Position numbers and translations under genes: made by a program | Origin: Methanobacteriota archaeon | GTDB lineage: Archaea; Thermoplasmatota; E2; JACPAO01; JAHWKR01 | Assembly (NCBI GenBank): GCA_019347805.1 | Contig: JAHWKR010000010.1 | Location: forward strand, 3,364 to 67,363 | Length of the DNA: 64,000 nucleotides | Reading direction: 5' to 3' | The notes under the pieces: generated by a model | Databases searched by the model: none | The model's input: only the letters and a program-made list of their open reading frames with translations | Told to the model about the DNA's origin: nothing | In this document: positions 17,341 through 26,562 of the stretch, piece after piece | Position numbering within the stretch: position 1 is the stretch's first letter | How the letters are laid out: each line of letters opens with the position of its first letter

Positions 17341-18228
17341 CTAGGCCCGCACTTCCTCTTCCCCCGTCGCAACAGGCCGTTCGCGGTCGCTGCACCATTC
17401 GCTCCAGGACCCTGGATACAGTGCGGCACCGTAGAGGCCGGCGACCTCGAGGGCGAGGATGCCGTGGGTGGCGGTGACGCCGGAGCCACAATAGAAGGCG
17501 ACCTCGTCCGGTTTGCGGTCGGCAAGGAGCGTCTGGTAGTCGGCGCGCAACCGGTCGCTGGGCAGGAAGCGGCCGTCGCGGTCGAGGTGGCTCTTGAACG
17601 GTTTGTTGCGGGCACCGGGGATGTGGCCGGCGACCGGGTCGATCGGTTCTTCGTCGCCGCGGTAGCGGGTCGGGTCGCGGACGTCGATGAGGGTGCCGGG
17701 CGCGGCGGGGAGTCGGGCGGCGATGCTCTTGGCGTCGACGGTGGGGAGGTGTCCGGGGCCGCTGTGGAACGTGTCCTCTGCATAGCGTGTCGGCATCTCG
17801 CGGGTCAGGCGTCCGCCAGCCGAGATGTAGGCTTGTAGGCCACCGTCCAGGACGGCGACGGCGTCGTGTCCGTGGTGACGGAGCAACCACCAGGCGCGGG
17901 CGGCGAAGGCACCGCCGACGTCGTCGTAGGCCACGACCTGGGCGTGCGGTGCGACACCCCAGCGGGAGGCGGCGCGGCGGAAACGGTCGGGGTCGGGGAG
18001 CGGGTGACGTCCGGTGGTGGGTCCGACGGGGCCCGAGAGGTCGCGGTCGATGTGGGCGTGGTGGGCGCCGAGGATGTGTCCGTCGTCGTAGGCGCGGGGG
18101 CCTGCCTCGGGGTCGTCGAGCTTGTGGCGGCAGTCGAGGAGGACGATGGACTCGGAGCCGATCTCGGGGAGGAGCGCTTCGGGCGGGACCAGTGTGGTCC
18201 ATGGCCGGGGGGGAAGGCTGGGGGGCAT
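17341..18228 (-). CDS. rhodanese-domain sulfurtransferase (tandem rhodanese, 3-mercaptopyruvate/thiosulfate sulfurtransferase-like)
   Basis: Active-site loop CGSGVTA. Two-domain architecture. Start taken at MPPSLPP (18228); the ORF track begins 19 aa earlier. Confidence 0.8.
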   Translation of the reverse strand: MPPSLPPRPWTTLVPPEALLPEIGSESIVLLDCRHKLDDPEAGPRAYDDGHILGAHHAHIDRDLSGPVGPTTGRHPLPDPDRFRRAASRWGVAPHAQVVAYDDVGGAFAARAWWLLRHHGHDAVAVLDGGLQAYISAGGRLTREMPTRYAEDTFHSGPGHLPTVDAKSIAARLPAAPGTLIDVRDPTRYRGDEEPIDPVAGHIPGARNKPFKSHLDRDGRFLPSDRLRADYQTLLADRKPDEVAFYCGSGVTATHGILALEVAGLYGAALYPGSWSEWCSDRERPVATGEEEVRA

Positions 18229-18336
18229 CACGACCGTTCGATGGAACGTTGCGTATTTAGGGGTCGGCTTGGGGGTCGGCGGCATCTTGAGCCGTCACCA
18301 GCACACATTTTGGGGCGACTGTGTTGCCGCTCCTGC

Positions 18337-19170
18337 ATGGAGACCCGCCGCTTCGGTCCGATGGATGACAAGGTGCCCGTCATTGGGCAGGGGACGTGGC
18401 AGATCAGCGACCGTGCGGGGGCTCGCGAGGCGCTCGACCGTGGCATCCGGCTCGGGTTGACCCATATCGATACGGCGGAGGTCTATGAGGGGTCGGAAGA
18501 GACGATCGCGCCGGTCATCCGCGACCGTCGTGACGAGGTCTTCCTGGTCTCCAAGGTGCGACCGGGCAACGCCAGCTACAAGGGTACGTTGGCTGCGTGC
18601 ACGCGCAGCCTGGAGCGGCTCGGCACCGACCACTTGGACGTCTATCTGTTGCATTGGCCGTCGCAGCATCCCATCGAGGACACGATGCGCGCCATGGGGG
18701 AGCTCATCGACGACGGCAAGATCCGTGCTGCGGGCGTGTCGAACTTCTCGGTCGAAGACATGGAGGCGGCCATCGAAGGGCTCGGGAAGAACCGGTTGGT
18801 CTGCAACCAGGTCATCTATCATCTCGAGGAGCGGGGGGTCGAGGTCGAGGTCCTGCCGTTCTGTCGCGACAAAGGCATCGCCTTGGTGGGTTACTCGCCG
18901 TTCGGCTCGGGGCGGTTCCCGTCTTCGGGGAGTGCGGGGCGCAAGGCGCTGGACGGGATCGGCAAGAGACATGGCAAGACGGCGCGCCAGGTGGCCCTGC
19001 GTTTCCTGACGCGTGAGGCGCCGCTTTTCGCGATCCCGAAGGCCGAGAAGGTACGGCATGTCGAGGACAACGCGGGTGGGCAAGGCTTCACGTTGGACGC
19101 CGAGGACCTCGAGCGCATCGACGAGGTGTTTCCCGTGCCGGAGCATGTCGTGGGCGTTCCGACGATTTAG
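18337..19170 (+). CDS. aldo/keto reductase family oxidoreductase
   Basis: AKR signatures: GLTHIDTAEVYEG, LDVYLLHWP, IRAAGVSNF. Start METRRFG at 18337 is in frame with ORF 17866..19170. Confidence 0.85.
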   Translation: METRRFGPMDDKVPVIGQGTWQISDRAGAREALDRGIRLGLTHIDTAEVYEGSEETIAPVIRDRRDEVFLVSKVRPGNASYKGTLAACTRSLERLGTDHLDVYLLHWPSQHPIEDTMRAMGELIDDGKIRAAGVSNFSVEDMEAAIEGLGKNRLVCNQVIYHLEERGVEVEVLPFCRDKGIALVGYSPFGSGRFPSSGSAGRKALDGIGKRHGKTARQVALRFLTREAPLFAIPKAEKVRHVEDNAGGQGFTLDAEDLERIDEVFPVPEHVVGVPTI

Positions 19171-19448
19171 GCAAGTCTCGGCGGGTTTTTCTCCAAGATG
19201 ATTGACAGCGTCGATGAGGTCGGTTCCAGCCGCAGAAGGCGCTTATCTGTACATCGAGCGATCGATGTGACCCGCGACCGTACAGAGAAGATGCACGACC
19301 ATGTACAACGTCCCGGCGACTCTTTTGTCATGGAACCACACTATAACATGGCCGCCCCACCACGAACAGAGCAGAACAAAGCTCAAGTACTCAGACCTGA
19401 CCTCCTCCGCCGGGTGGTCCGAGAGGCCGCCTTTGAGAGGTATCTGAT

Positions 19449-20072
19449 ATGAACAAAGTCTTCATCGCAGCGGCCCTTGCCCTCGCTCTTGCGGGTGGCG
19501 CGGTCGCGACCGGAGCTCAGCAGAACACGAACTACGTGACCGCCGGCTACGCCGCGACGGGCATCTGGTGCAAGGATGGCGGCCACAACTACGCGCCGAT
19601 CGGCGACCCGGGCGACTACGGTTCCGAATTGGCCTGGCTCTTCTCGGGCGAGCCCGAGTGCCTCCCCGGTGACGTCGCCTTCGGCACCGAGGACGACCAC
19701 GCCTGGATGGCCGCTGCCCTCTGCGTCGCCGGCGAGATCAACGGCGAGGACTGCGGCGACCACCGCACCCACGACCTTCTTGTGACCTCCAACGACGCCA
19801 TCGGCACGCCCCACCTCTTCATCAGCGCAGAGACCTGCGACGGGACGGAAGAGGGCGACTGCACCACCCAGAACAACAAGGGTGAGAATGTCGTCGCAGA
19901 AGGCTGCGGCGCCTCCGGCCTCCCGATCCCGGCCGACATGCCCCGCCACTGGCAGAGTCCGGCCGACGCGCCGACCTACCTCATCTGGACCTTCATCGAC
20001 GGCGCGTTCGTCGATGAGACCAGCGGCGCCATCTGCCTCGGCAGCACCGGCACCATCACCGCCGACTTCTAG
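19449..20072 (+). CDS. secreted Cys-rich protein, paralog 1 of a three-member tandem family
   Basis: Signal peptide MNKVFIAAALALALAGGAVATGAQ. Conserved block GGHNYAPIGDPGDY...WLFSGEPECLPGD..FG.EDDH...CVAGEING.DCGDHRTH. SD-like GAGAGG upstream. Confidence 0.7.
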   Translation: MNKVFIAAALALALAGGAVATGAQQNTNYVTAGYAATGIWCKDGGHNYAPIGDPGDYGSELAWLFSGEPECLPGDVAFGTEDDHAWMAAALCVAGEINGEDCGDHRTHDLLVTSNDAIGTPHLFISAETCDGTEEGDCTTQNNKGENVVAEGCGASGLPIPADMPRHWQSPADAPTYLIWTFIDGAFVDETSGAICLGSTGTITADF

Positions 20073-20094
20073 GTGCAAGGCCGGTCTCTCTTCC

Positions 20095-20115
20095 CTCTTC
20101 TCCCATTTTTTTTGG
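20095..20115 (+). terminator. oligo-T tract (T8 at 20106-20113) downstream of paralog 1
   Basis: The sequence cccattttttttgg about 35 nt after the stop resembles an archaeal intrinsic terminator. Confidence 0.3.
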
Positions 20116-20318
20116 AGGAAGCGCTTTTGACGATGTTTATCTTTCTACATCGTTGCATGCCTCCTTCCGTCGGCGACTCACCCCAGGTGTACTCATGTGA
20201 ATATTTGGCAAGTCATAGAGTGTCATTTCTGCTATGTCGAGACAAGGCTCAAATAAGGACAACCCGTTCCGCCGGCATGGTGGCTTCTCTGAGGTCACCG
20301 AAATTGGAGGTATCGAAA

Positions 20319-20939
20319 ATGAACAAGATCTTCATCGCTGCGGTACTCGCCCTCGCTCTCGCGGGCGGCGCCATCGCTTCTGGAGCAAGTCAGAACACCA
20401 GCTATGTGGCCAAGAACCCCCCGCTCACCATCTGGTGTGGCGCCGGCGGCCACAACTACGCCCCTATCGGCGACCCGGGCGACTACGACGACGAGCTCTC
20501 CTGGCTCTTCTCGGGCGAGCCCGAGTGCCTCCCCGGTGACGCCCTCTTCGGCATCGAGGACGACCACGGCTGGGGCGGCGCCGCTTTCTGCGTCGCCGGT
20601 GAGATCAACGGCAACGACTGCGGCGACCACCGCACCCACGAGCTCCTCGCCGCCACGAACGACGCGTTCGGCAGCCCCCTGGTCAAACTCTCGGCCGAGA
20701 TCTGCCCGGCCGAGCTCCCGGACTGCACCACCCAGCAGAACGAAGCCGACGACGTCGTGACCGCAGAGGGCTGCGGTACCGCCGGCTTCACCATCCCGGC
20801 CGACATGGCCCGCCACTGGCAGAGCCCGAGTGACAACCCGACCTACCTTGTGTGGGCCTTCGTCCACGGTGCTCACGTCGACCAGACCTCCGGTGCCGTC
20901 TGCCTCGGTACCCAGGGCATCATCACCGGCGACTGGTAG
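20319..20939 (+). CDS. secreted Cys-rich protein, paralog 2
   Basis: MNKIFIAAVLALALAGGAIASGASQ is about 65% identical to paralog 1 over its full length. GGAGG lies 9 nt upstream of the ATG at 20319. Confidence 0.75.
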   Translation: MNKIFIAAVLALALAGGAIASGASQNTSYVAKNPPLTIWCGAGGHNYAPIGDPGDYDDELSWLFSGEPECLPGDALFGIEDDHGWGGAAFCVAGEINGNDCGDHRTHELLAATNDAFGSPLVKLSAEICPAELPDCTTQQNEADDVVTAEGCGTAGFTIPADMARHWQSPSDNPTYLVWAFVHGAHVDQTSGAVCLGTQGIITGDW

Positions 20940-21098
20940 ACCAAAAATCGGCCCTTCTCTTCCCTTCTTCTCCACTCTCTGTTTTCTCGACCCGACCGCA
21001 TAGGGCGGATCCTGTTGTCTCGCAACTCGCACGCGCCGACCGGACATGGCGCCCACAAACCCCTTCAACGCTCTGGGCCTTCGACACCTGGTGAATCC

Positions 21099-21722
21099 GT
21101 GTCGGTGCCCTTGCGTCATCCGCTGACCACCCTCGTATTGACAGTGTCGATCATGGTCCCGGCGACGATCGCCCATGACCCACCCACCGAGACGACCGGC
21201 CACTATGTGGCGTGGCAGGTGCCGGGCCTCATCGCTTGTGCCGCAGGAGAATATCCCGCCGTGCCACAGGGAGACCCCGATGACCATTCCAGCCCGCTCA
21301 CGTGGCTCTTTTCGGGCGAACCGGAATGCCTACCCGGGTCCGTCCTCTTTGGCAAAGAGAACGACCATGGTTGGGGGGGCAGTGTCTTCTGTGTCGCAGG
21401 CGAGTGGAAGGGACGGGACTGCGGCGACCATGTCGGGCACACGATCCGCATCACCGCTGACGATGCTGTCCCCGACGCCAAGCCCCCGCTCCTGCTCTAT
21501 CTTGTCGGAGAGGACGCGGACGGCCGAGCTATCGACATCACGGTCGAAGGATGCGGGACTGTGGAGGGTGTCATCCCGGTACCGGAGGCCCCACACTTCC
21601 CGCCCGACCCGGACGTGCCACAGGCGTACCTCGTGTGGGTGAAGGTCGCCAACGTGCAGGTCGATGCGACGACGACGGAGATCTGCATCGGGACCACCGG
21701 CGTGATCACAGGGGCCTACTGA
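21099..21722 (+). CDS. secreted Cys-rich protein, paralog 3 (diverged)
   Basis: Shares the LTWLFSGEPECLPGSVLFGKENDHGWGGSVFCVAGEWKGRDCGDHVGH core. The N-terminal hydrophobic segment LTTLVLTVSIMVPATIAHD is reached from GTG 21099. The start is uncertain. Confidence 0.55.
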   Translation: MSVPLRHPLTTLVLTVSIMVPATIAHDPPTETTGHYVAWQVPGLIACAAGEYPAVPQGDPDDHSSPLTWLFSGEPECLPGSVLFGKENDHGWGGSVFCVAGEWKGRDCGDHVGHTIRITADDAVPDAKPPLLLYLVGEDADGRAIDITVEGCGTVEGVIPVPEAPHFPPDPDVPQAYLVWVKVANVQVDATTTEICIGTTGVITGAY

Positions 21723-22100
21723 TGCGTCTGGTCGCTTTTCGGCGTCAGCTCCCTCCAGCCGCGATGCTAAGGGAATCCGAACGAAAGTCCCTCACGACTC
21801 CGGCGTGAGCTTTCTCCAGATCTTCCTCGGAGCCTGCGACGAGGAGGGTCTGGGGCAAGTTCGCGCGAATCTATGATTTGCGCGTCAACTTGCGCCAGCT
21901 GCGCAGCTACTGGAAAGCGAACGCAAATCCCTCAGGACTTGCCCGTGAGCTTTCGCCAGGTCTTCCTCGGAGCCTGCGACGAGGAGGGTCTGGCGGGACT
22001 CGCGGAAGGCTACGCCTTCCGCGTCAGTTTCCGCCAGCTGCGCAGCTACTGGAAAGCGAGCGCAAGTCCCTCAGGACTTGCCCGTGAGCTTTCGCCAGAT
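21723..22100. repeat. three tandem ~130-135 bp intergenic repeats containing nested hairpins
   Basis: Unit core ctggaaagcgaGcgcaaGtccctcaggacttgcccgtgagctttcgccagRtcttcctcggagcctgcgacgaggagggtctgg is present three times. It contains the hairpin gcaagtcc-ctca-ggacttgc inside an outer gaaagc...gctttc stem. ORFs 21873..23480 and 21878..22087 are translations of these repeats. Confidence 0.7.
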
Positions 22101-22823
22101 CATACGCAGCGGGTCGTAGTACCGGTCCGACATCCGTTCCTTGAGCGGGATGATGCCGTTGTCGGTGATGACGATGTTCTCGGGGCACACCTCGGTGCAG
22201 CATCGGGTGATGTTGCAGTGGCCGACGCCGGAGGTCTCCTTGACGTAGGGGATGCGATCGGCGTCGTCCTTGGGGTGCATCTCGAGTTCCGCCAATCGGA
22301 TCATGTAGCGCGGCCCGTCGAAGACCTCTTTGTTCTCGGGGAAATCACGCAGGACGTGGCAGACGTTCTGGCACAGGAAGCATTCGATGCATTTCCGGAA
22401 CTCCTGCACCCGGTCGATGTCCTCCTGCTTCATGTTGAACTCGCCCTTCTTCGCCTCTTCGGGCGTGTAGGTCTTGGGCGTGAACGGCGTGATGCGCTTC
22501 TTGACGCGGTAGTTCCAGGAGACGTCGGTGACGAGGTCCTTCTGGAGCGGGAAGGTCTTCACGGGTCCGACGCGGATGGGGCCGTCGGGGAGGGTGTCCA
22601 TCCGGGTCATGCAGGTGAGCTTGGCCTTGCCGTTGATCTCGGCGCTGCACGAGCCGCACTTGCCGGCCTTGCAGTTCCAGCGGCAGGCGAGGTCGGTGGC
22701 CTGTTCGGCCTGGATGCGGTGGATGGCGTCGAGGACGACCATGCCTTCCTGTTGTTCGACCTCGTAATCCTCGTAGCGGCCGTTCTCTTTCGTGCCGCGG
22801 AAGATGGTGAGCGTGCGCTTCAA
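22071..22823 (-). CDS. sdhB: succinate dehydrogenase/fumarate reductase iron-sulfur subunit
   Basis: 2Fe-2S and 4Fe-4S cysteine clusters (CRWNCKAGKCGSCSAEING, CIECFLCQNVC, CNITRCCTEVCP). TTG start at 22823 overlaps the sdhA stop (TTGA). The ORF-track extension beyond it was rejected. Confidence 0.85.
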   Translation of the reverse strand: MKRTLTIFRGTKENGRYEDYEVEQQEGMVVLDAIHRIQAEQATDLACRWNCKAGKCGSCSAEINGKAKLTCMTRMDTLPDGPIRVGPVKTFPLQKDLVTDVSWNYRVKKRITPFTPKTYTPEEAKKGEFNMKQEDIDRVQEFRKCIECFLCQNVCHVLRDFPENKEVFDGPRYMIRLAELEMHPKDDADRIPYVKETSGVGHCNITRCCTEVCPENIVITDNGIIPLKERMSDRYYDPLRMIWRKLTGKS

Positions 22824-24676
22824 AGGGGATGCACCTCCGCGTGGGTGTCGCCGGAGAGTTCTTCGGCGGACGCTTCCATGATGCGGTTCACTTCGTCGCT
22901 CCACGGGGTGAGCGGCACGCGCCGCACCTCCATGCGCCCGTCGGCGCCTTTTTTGAGGACGATGTTGTGGTGTTGCCAATATTCCGCGTCCGACTGGGGG
23001 AAATCGGCACGGGTGTGGCCGCCGCGCGATTCTTCGCGTTCGAGGGCGGCCCGTGCGGTCGCTTCGGCACAAACGAGGAGGTTGTGGATGTCGAGGGCCT
23101 CGTGCCAGCCGGGGTTGTATTGGATGTTGCCGCCGACCTTGATGTTGCGGACGCGCTCGGCGAACGCGGCGAGCCCTTCGAGGGCCTTCTTGAGGTCCTC
23201 GGCTTCGCGGATCATGCCGGCGTTGTCCTGCATGAGCTCTTCGAGCTCTTCGTGGACCTTGAACGGGTTCTCGCCCGATTCCCGTTCCAGGGGAGCGACG
23301 GCGGCGTCGATCGCGGCCTGCACCTCTTCTGCGGGGATCTCGGGGTGTTCCTTGGTCTCGAGCGCACGGCGTGCGGCGTGCTCGCCGGCGCGCTTGCCGA
23401 AGACGAGGAGGTCTGTGAGGGAGTTGCCGCCGAGGCGGTTCGCGCCATGCAGGCCGGCCGCGCATTCGCCGCACGCGTAGAGTCCGCGCACCGTGGTCGA
23501 TTCCTGGGATTCGTGGTCGACCCGGATGCCGCCCATGGCGTAGTGGGCCGTCGGGCCGACCTCCATGGGGACCTTGGTGATGTCGACGTTGGCCAGTTCC
23601 TTGAACTGGTGGTACATCGACGGGAGCTTCTTCTTGACGTATTCCGCGTCACGCCAGGAGATGTCGAGATAGACGCCGCCATGCTCGGTGCCGCGGCCCG
23701 CCTTGACCTCGCTCCGGATGGCACGCGCGACGACGTCACGGGTGAGGAGCTCGGGGGGCCGGCGTGCGTCCTTGTCGCCGTCGAGCCAGCGCTGCACCTC
23801 TTCCTCCGTCTCGGCGAAGTCGCCCTGGAACATCTCCGGGATGTAGTCGTACATGAAACGCTTGCCCTCGGAGTTGCGCAGGATGCCGCCTTCGCCGCGC
23901 ACACCTTCGGTGACGAGGGTGCCGCGCACCGATGGGGGCCACACCATGCCGGTCGGGTGGAACTGGAAGAACTCCATGTCCATGAGCTCCGCCCCGGCCT
24001 CGTAGGCGAGGGTGTGGCCGTCGCCGGTGTATTCCCACGAGTTGGAGTTGTATTTCCACGCTTTTCCGAAGCCGCCGGTCGCGACGACGACGCTCTTGGC
24101 CTTGAAGAGGTGGAACTTGCCGGTCTCGCGCTCGTAGGCGAGGCAACCGGTCACCGTGCCGTCCTTGGTGAACAGCTTGGTGACGGTGACCTCCATGAAG
24201 ACCTCGATGCCCGAGTGGACGCCTTTGTCTTGGAGCGTGCGGATGAGCTCGAGCCCGGTGCGGTCGCCGACGTGTGCCAGGCGGGGATATTGGTGGCCGC
24301 CGAAGTTGCGCTGATTGATCCAGCCGTCCTTGGTGCGGTCGAAGACGGCACCCCAGCGTTCCAGTTCCCTGATGCGCTCGGGGGCCTCCTGGGCGTGCAG
24401 CATCGCCATCGGCCACTGCGAGAGGTACTTCGATCCGCGGATCGTGTCGCGGAAGTGGACCTTCCAGGTGTCGCGCGGGTCGGTGTTGCGGAGCGCCGCG
24501 GCGGCGCCGCCTTCGGCCATCACGGTGTGGGCCTTGCCAAGGAGCGACTTGCAGATGATGGCGGTGCGGGCGCCTTCGCGGCTGGCCTCGATGGCCGCGC
24601 GGAGACCAGCGCCGCCGGCCCCCACCACGATGACGTCGAACTCGTGCGTCTTGGAGACCGCGGGCAGACTAGGCAC
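22820..24676 (-). CDS. sdhA: succinate dehydrogenase/fumarate reductase flavoprotein subunit
   Basis: 618 aa. FAD-binding N-terminus FDVIVVGAGGAGLRAAIEA. Further motifs HTVMAEGG, RLAHVGDRTG, HYAMGG and FHPTG. Confidence 0.93.
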   Translation of the reverse strand: MPSLPAVSKTHEFDVIVVGAGGAGLRAAIEASREGARTAIICKSLLGKAHTVMAEGGAAAALRNTDPRDTWKVHFRDTIRGSKYLSQWPMAMLHAQEAPERIRELERWGAVFDRTKDGWINQRNFGGHQYPRLAHVGDRTGLELIRTLQDKGVHSGIEVFMEVTVTKLFTKDGTVTGCLAYERETGKFHLFKAKSVVVATGGFGKAWKYNSNSWEYTGDGHTLAYEAGAELMDMEFFQFHPTGMVWPPSVRGTLVTEGVRGEGGILRNSEGKRFMYDYIPEMFQGDFAETEEEVQRWLDGDKDARRPPELLTRDVVARAIRSEVKAGRGTEHGGVYLDISWRDAEYVKKKLPSMYHQFKELANVDITKVPMEVGPTAHYAMGGIRVDHESQESTTVRGLYACGECAAGLHGANRLGGNSLTDLLVFGKRAGEHAARRALETKEHPEIPAEEVQAAIDAAVAPLERESGENPFKVHEELEELMQDNAGMIREAEDLKKALEGLAAFAERVRNIKVGGNIQYNPGWHEALDIHNLLVCAEATARAALEREESRGGHTRADFPQSDAEYWQHHNIVLKKGADGRMEVRRVPLTPWSDEVNRIMEASAEELSGDTHAEVHPL

Positions 24677-25493
24677 CTCCGAACAGGATGGGGTCGATAC
24701 TGGGGCCGAAGTGGATGACGGCGCGGATGTAGGCGTCGGTCAGGCCGACCCAGACAAGGGAGACCCAGGCCCACTTGCCGTGGTGTTTGTTGAACCAGGT
24801 GACGCCGCGCCAGAGGCCATAGCGGCCCTTGGCGACGTTGGAGCAGGAGAAGCAGTTCAGCCGACCGCCGACCCAGTGGCGAAGCGCGTGGCAGCCGAAC
24901 GTGAAGCCGGTGAGGAGGAGGGCGTTGGCGAGCATGACGAGCGCCACGGCGGTGACGGCGAACGAGCCGTTGACCTGGAACGCGAGCCAGGCATCGTAGA
25001 GCAGGAACGGCGGAAAGAGGAGCGCCAGGTAGAGGAAGTAGCGGTGCAGGTTCTGGAGCACGAAGGGGAACGCCGCTTCGCCGCTGTACTTCTTGCGCGG
25101 TTCGTCGACCGAGCAGGCGACGGGCGAGGCGAAGAAGGCACGGTAGTAGGCCTTGCGGTAATAGTAGCAGGTGGCGCGCAGGCCAAGCGGCATCCACATG
25201 ACGAAGAGCGCAGGGGTGACCACGGTGACGCCGGTGATCGTGCCCGCGAGGGGCCCTTCGGCGCAGGCGTCGGTGATGCAGGGGGAATAGAACGGCGACA
25301 GGTAGTCCCGGCCATGGTCGAGGTAATGGAACGCTTCGGCGCCGGCGATGCCGGTGTAGGCCGCCCACAACGAGTAGACGCCGAAGGCGCCGAGCACGAT
25401 GACGGTGAAAAGCGGGTAGCTCCACCAGGCGTCCTTTCGGAAGGTTTGGAAGAACCCACGTGGATGGGCGGGAGAGGAACGGGTCTCTGCCAT
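24669..25493 (-). CDS. sdhC: succinate dehydrogenase membrane anchor / cytochrome b subunit (single large subunit)
   Basis: 274 aa, five hydrophobic helices with conserved His residues. Overlaps the sdhA start by 8 nt. Confidence 0.7.
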   Translation of the reverse strand: MAETRSSPAHPRGFFQTFRKDAWWSYPLFTVIVLGAFGVYSLWAAYTGIAGAEAFHYLDHGRDYLSPFYSPCITDACAEGPLAGTITGVTVVTPALFVMWMPLGLRATCYYYRKAYYRAFFASPVACSVDEPRKKYSGEAAFPFVLQNLHRYFLYLALLFPPFLLYDAWLAFQVNGSFAVTAVALVMLANALLLTGFTFGCHALRHWVGGRLNCFSCSNVAKGRYGLWRGVTWFNKHHGKWAWVSLVWVGLTDAYIRAVIHFGPSIDPILFGGA

Positions 25494-25672
25494 GGGGACC
25501 GTTCGCGCGTAAAGGGGGCCCTCTTAAACCCGTTGCGTTCCGTGGGAAGGATGGTGGTGCGTGCTGCTGCCGCGACCGTCGCATCTTGGGCATCTGTGAT
25601 TGTCGCTTCCCATGCCACTGGGCGGCACGGCCCGACCGGAGGTTTTAGGGGCCCGCCGGGGGTCCGGGCGGT

Positions 25673-26326
25673 GTGACCGAGTCCGACCGATCGGCACCTG
25701 CCCGTCTTGTCTCGTTCGAGGGCATCGACGGGGCCGGCAAGTCGACCCTCATCGCCGGCGTCGCGGAGGCGCTCCGGACCCGGGGCGTCGACCCGCTTGT
25801 GACCCGCGAGGAGACGACCGGTTGGCTCGGCGAGGCGGTGCGGCGGAGCATCGACGAGCGCATGGACCCGCTCGCCACGTTGTTCCTTTTCCTTGCCGAC
25901 CGGGCCCACCATCTTGCCGCGCTCCGCCCCGAACTGGCGCGCGGGCGGCTCGTCCTCACCGACCGCTACCACGATTCGACGCGCGCCTATCAAGCCGTCA
26001 CGCTCGCCGACCGGTTCGACGACCTCGACGGCTGGCTGAAAGAGGTCTCGCACGACTGGCTCATCACGCCGTTGCGCACCTATCTTGTCGACATCGATCC
26101 CGAGGTGGCGGTCGGCCGTATGGCGGACCGCGGCAGCCGGACCAACTACGAGAAGGCCGCGTTCCTCGGCAAGGTCCGCTCGGAATACCTGCGCATCGTC
26201 GCTGCGGAGCCGGAGCGCTTCGTGGTCCTCGACGGCACGAGACCGACCGTGGAGCTCGTCCGCGTCATCACCGCCGACCTGGAAACGCTGGGCGCCCTGA
26301 CACCGTCCGCCGCGGTCGATGGCTGA
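25673..26326 (+). CDS. tmk: thymidylate kinase
   Basis: P-loop FEGIDGAGKST, DRY motif LVLTDRYHDS, lid region. GTG start. Confidence 0.9.
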   Translation: MTESDRSAPARLVSFEGIDGAGKSTLIAGVAEALRTRGVDPLVTREETTGWLGEAVRRSIDERMDPLATLFLFLADRAHHLAALRPELARGRLVLTDRYHDSTRAYQAVTLADRFDDLDGWLKEVSHDWLITPLRTYLVDIDPEVAVGRMADRGSRTNYEKAAFLGKVRSEYLRIVAAEPERFVVLDGTRPTVELVRVITADLETLGALTPSAAVDG

Positions 26327-26381
26327 CAGGTCGAGCGACCCCTCCGACGGTTCCTTATGCTCGCACGGCGGAGGCTGTGGC

Positions 26382-26558
26382 ATGCCCTGGACCAAGCAGG
26401 ATTATCCGGACAGCATGAAGAACCTCGACGCGGAGGTGCGCGAAAAAGCCATCGAGATCGCCAATGCACTCGTCGAGGACGAGAACATGGAGGAGGGACG
26501 CGCCATCGCCATCGCGCAGGCGCAGGCCAAAAAGAGCGTGAAGGGCGGGAACGACTAG
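26382..26558 (+). CDS. small hypothetical protein (59 aa)
   Basis: MPWTKQDYPDSMKNLDAEVREKAIEIANALVEDENMEEGRAIAIAQAQAKK. GGAGG lies 9 nt upstream. An alternative start at 26319 would overlap the tmk stop by 8 nt. Confidence 0.35.
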   Translation: MPWTKQDYPDSMKNLDAEVREKAIEIANALVEDENMEEGRAIAIAQAQAKKSVKGGND

Positions 26559-26562
26559 GCGC

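Noticed and set aside
19198-19452. 84-aa ORF ending with an ATGA overlap onto secreted paralog 1
   Set aside because: Its GC content is far below the local average and its codon usage is atypical (A-ending codons). It looks like the AT-rich promoter/leader region also seen upstream of paralog 2, so it was not called.
20295-21287. 330-aa minus-strand ORF spanning paralogs 2 and 3
   Set aside because: Antisense to two signal-peptide-bearing paralogous genes with SD sites. No features of its own.
21873-23480. 535-aa plus-strand ORF starting in the intergenic repeat array
   Set aside because: Its 5' part is a translation of the ~130-bp tandem repeats (repeated peptide LRQLRSYWKA.A.PSGLARELSP). 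The rest is antisense to sdhB and sdhA.
22829-24718. 629-aa plus-strand ORF (Gly/Ala/Asp-rich)
   Set aside because: Antisense to sdhA, which carries unambiguous flavoprotein motifs.
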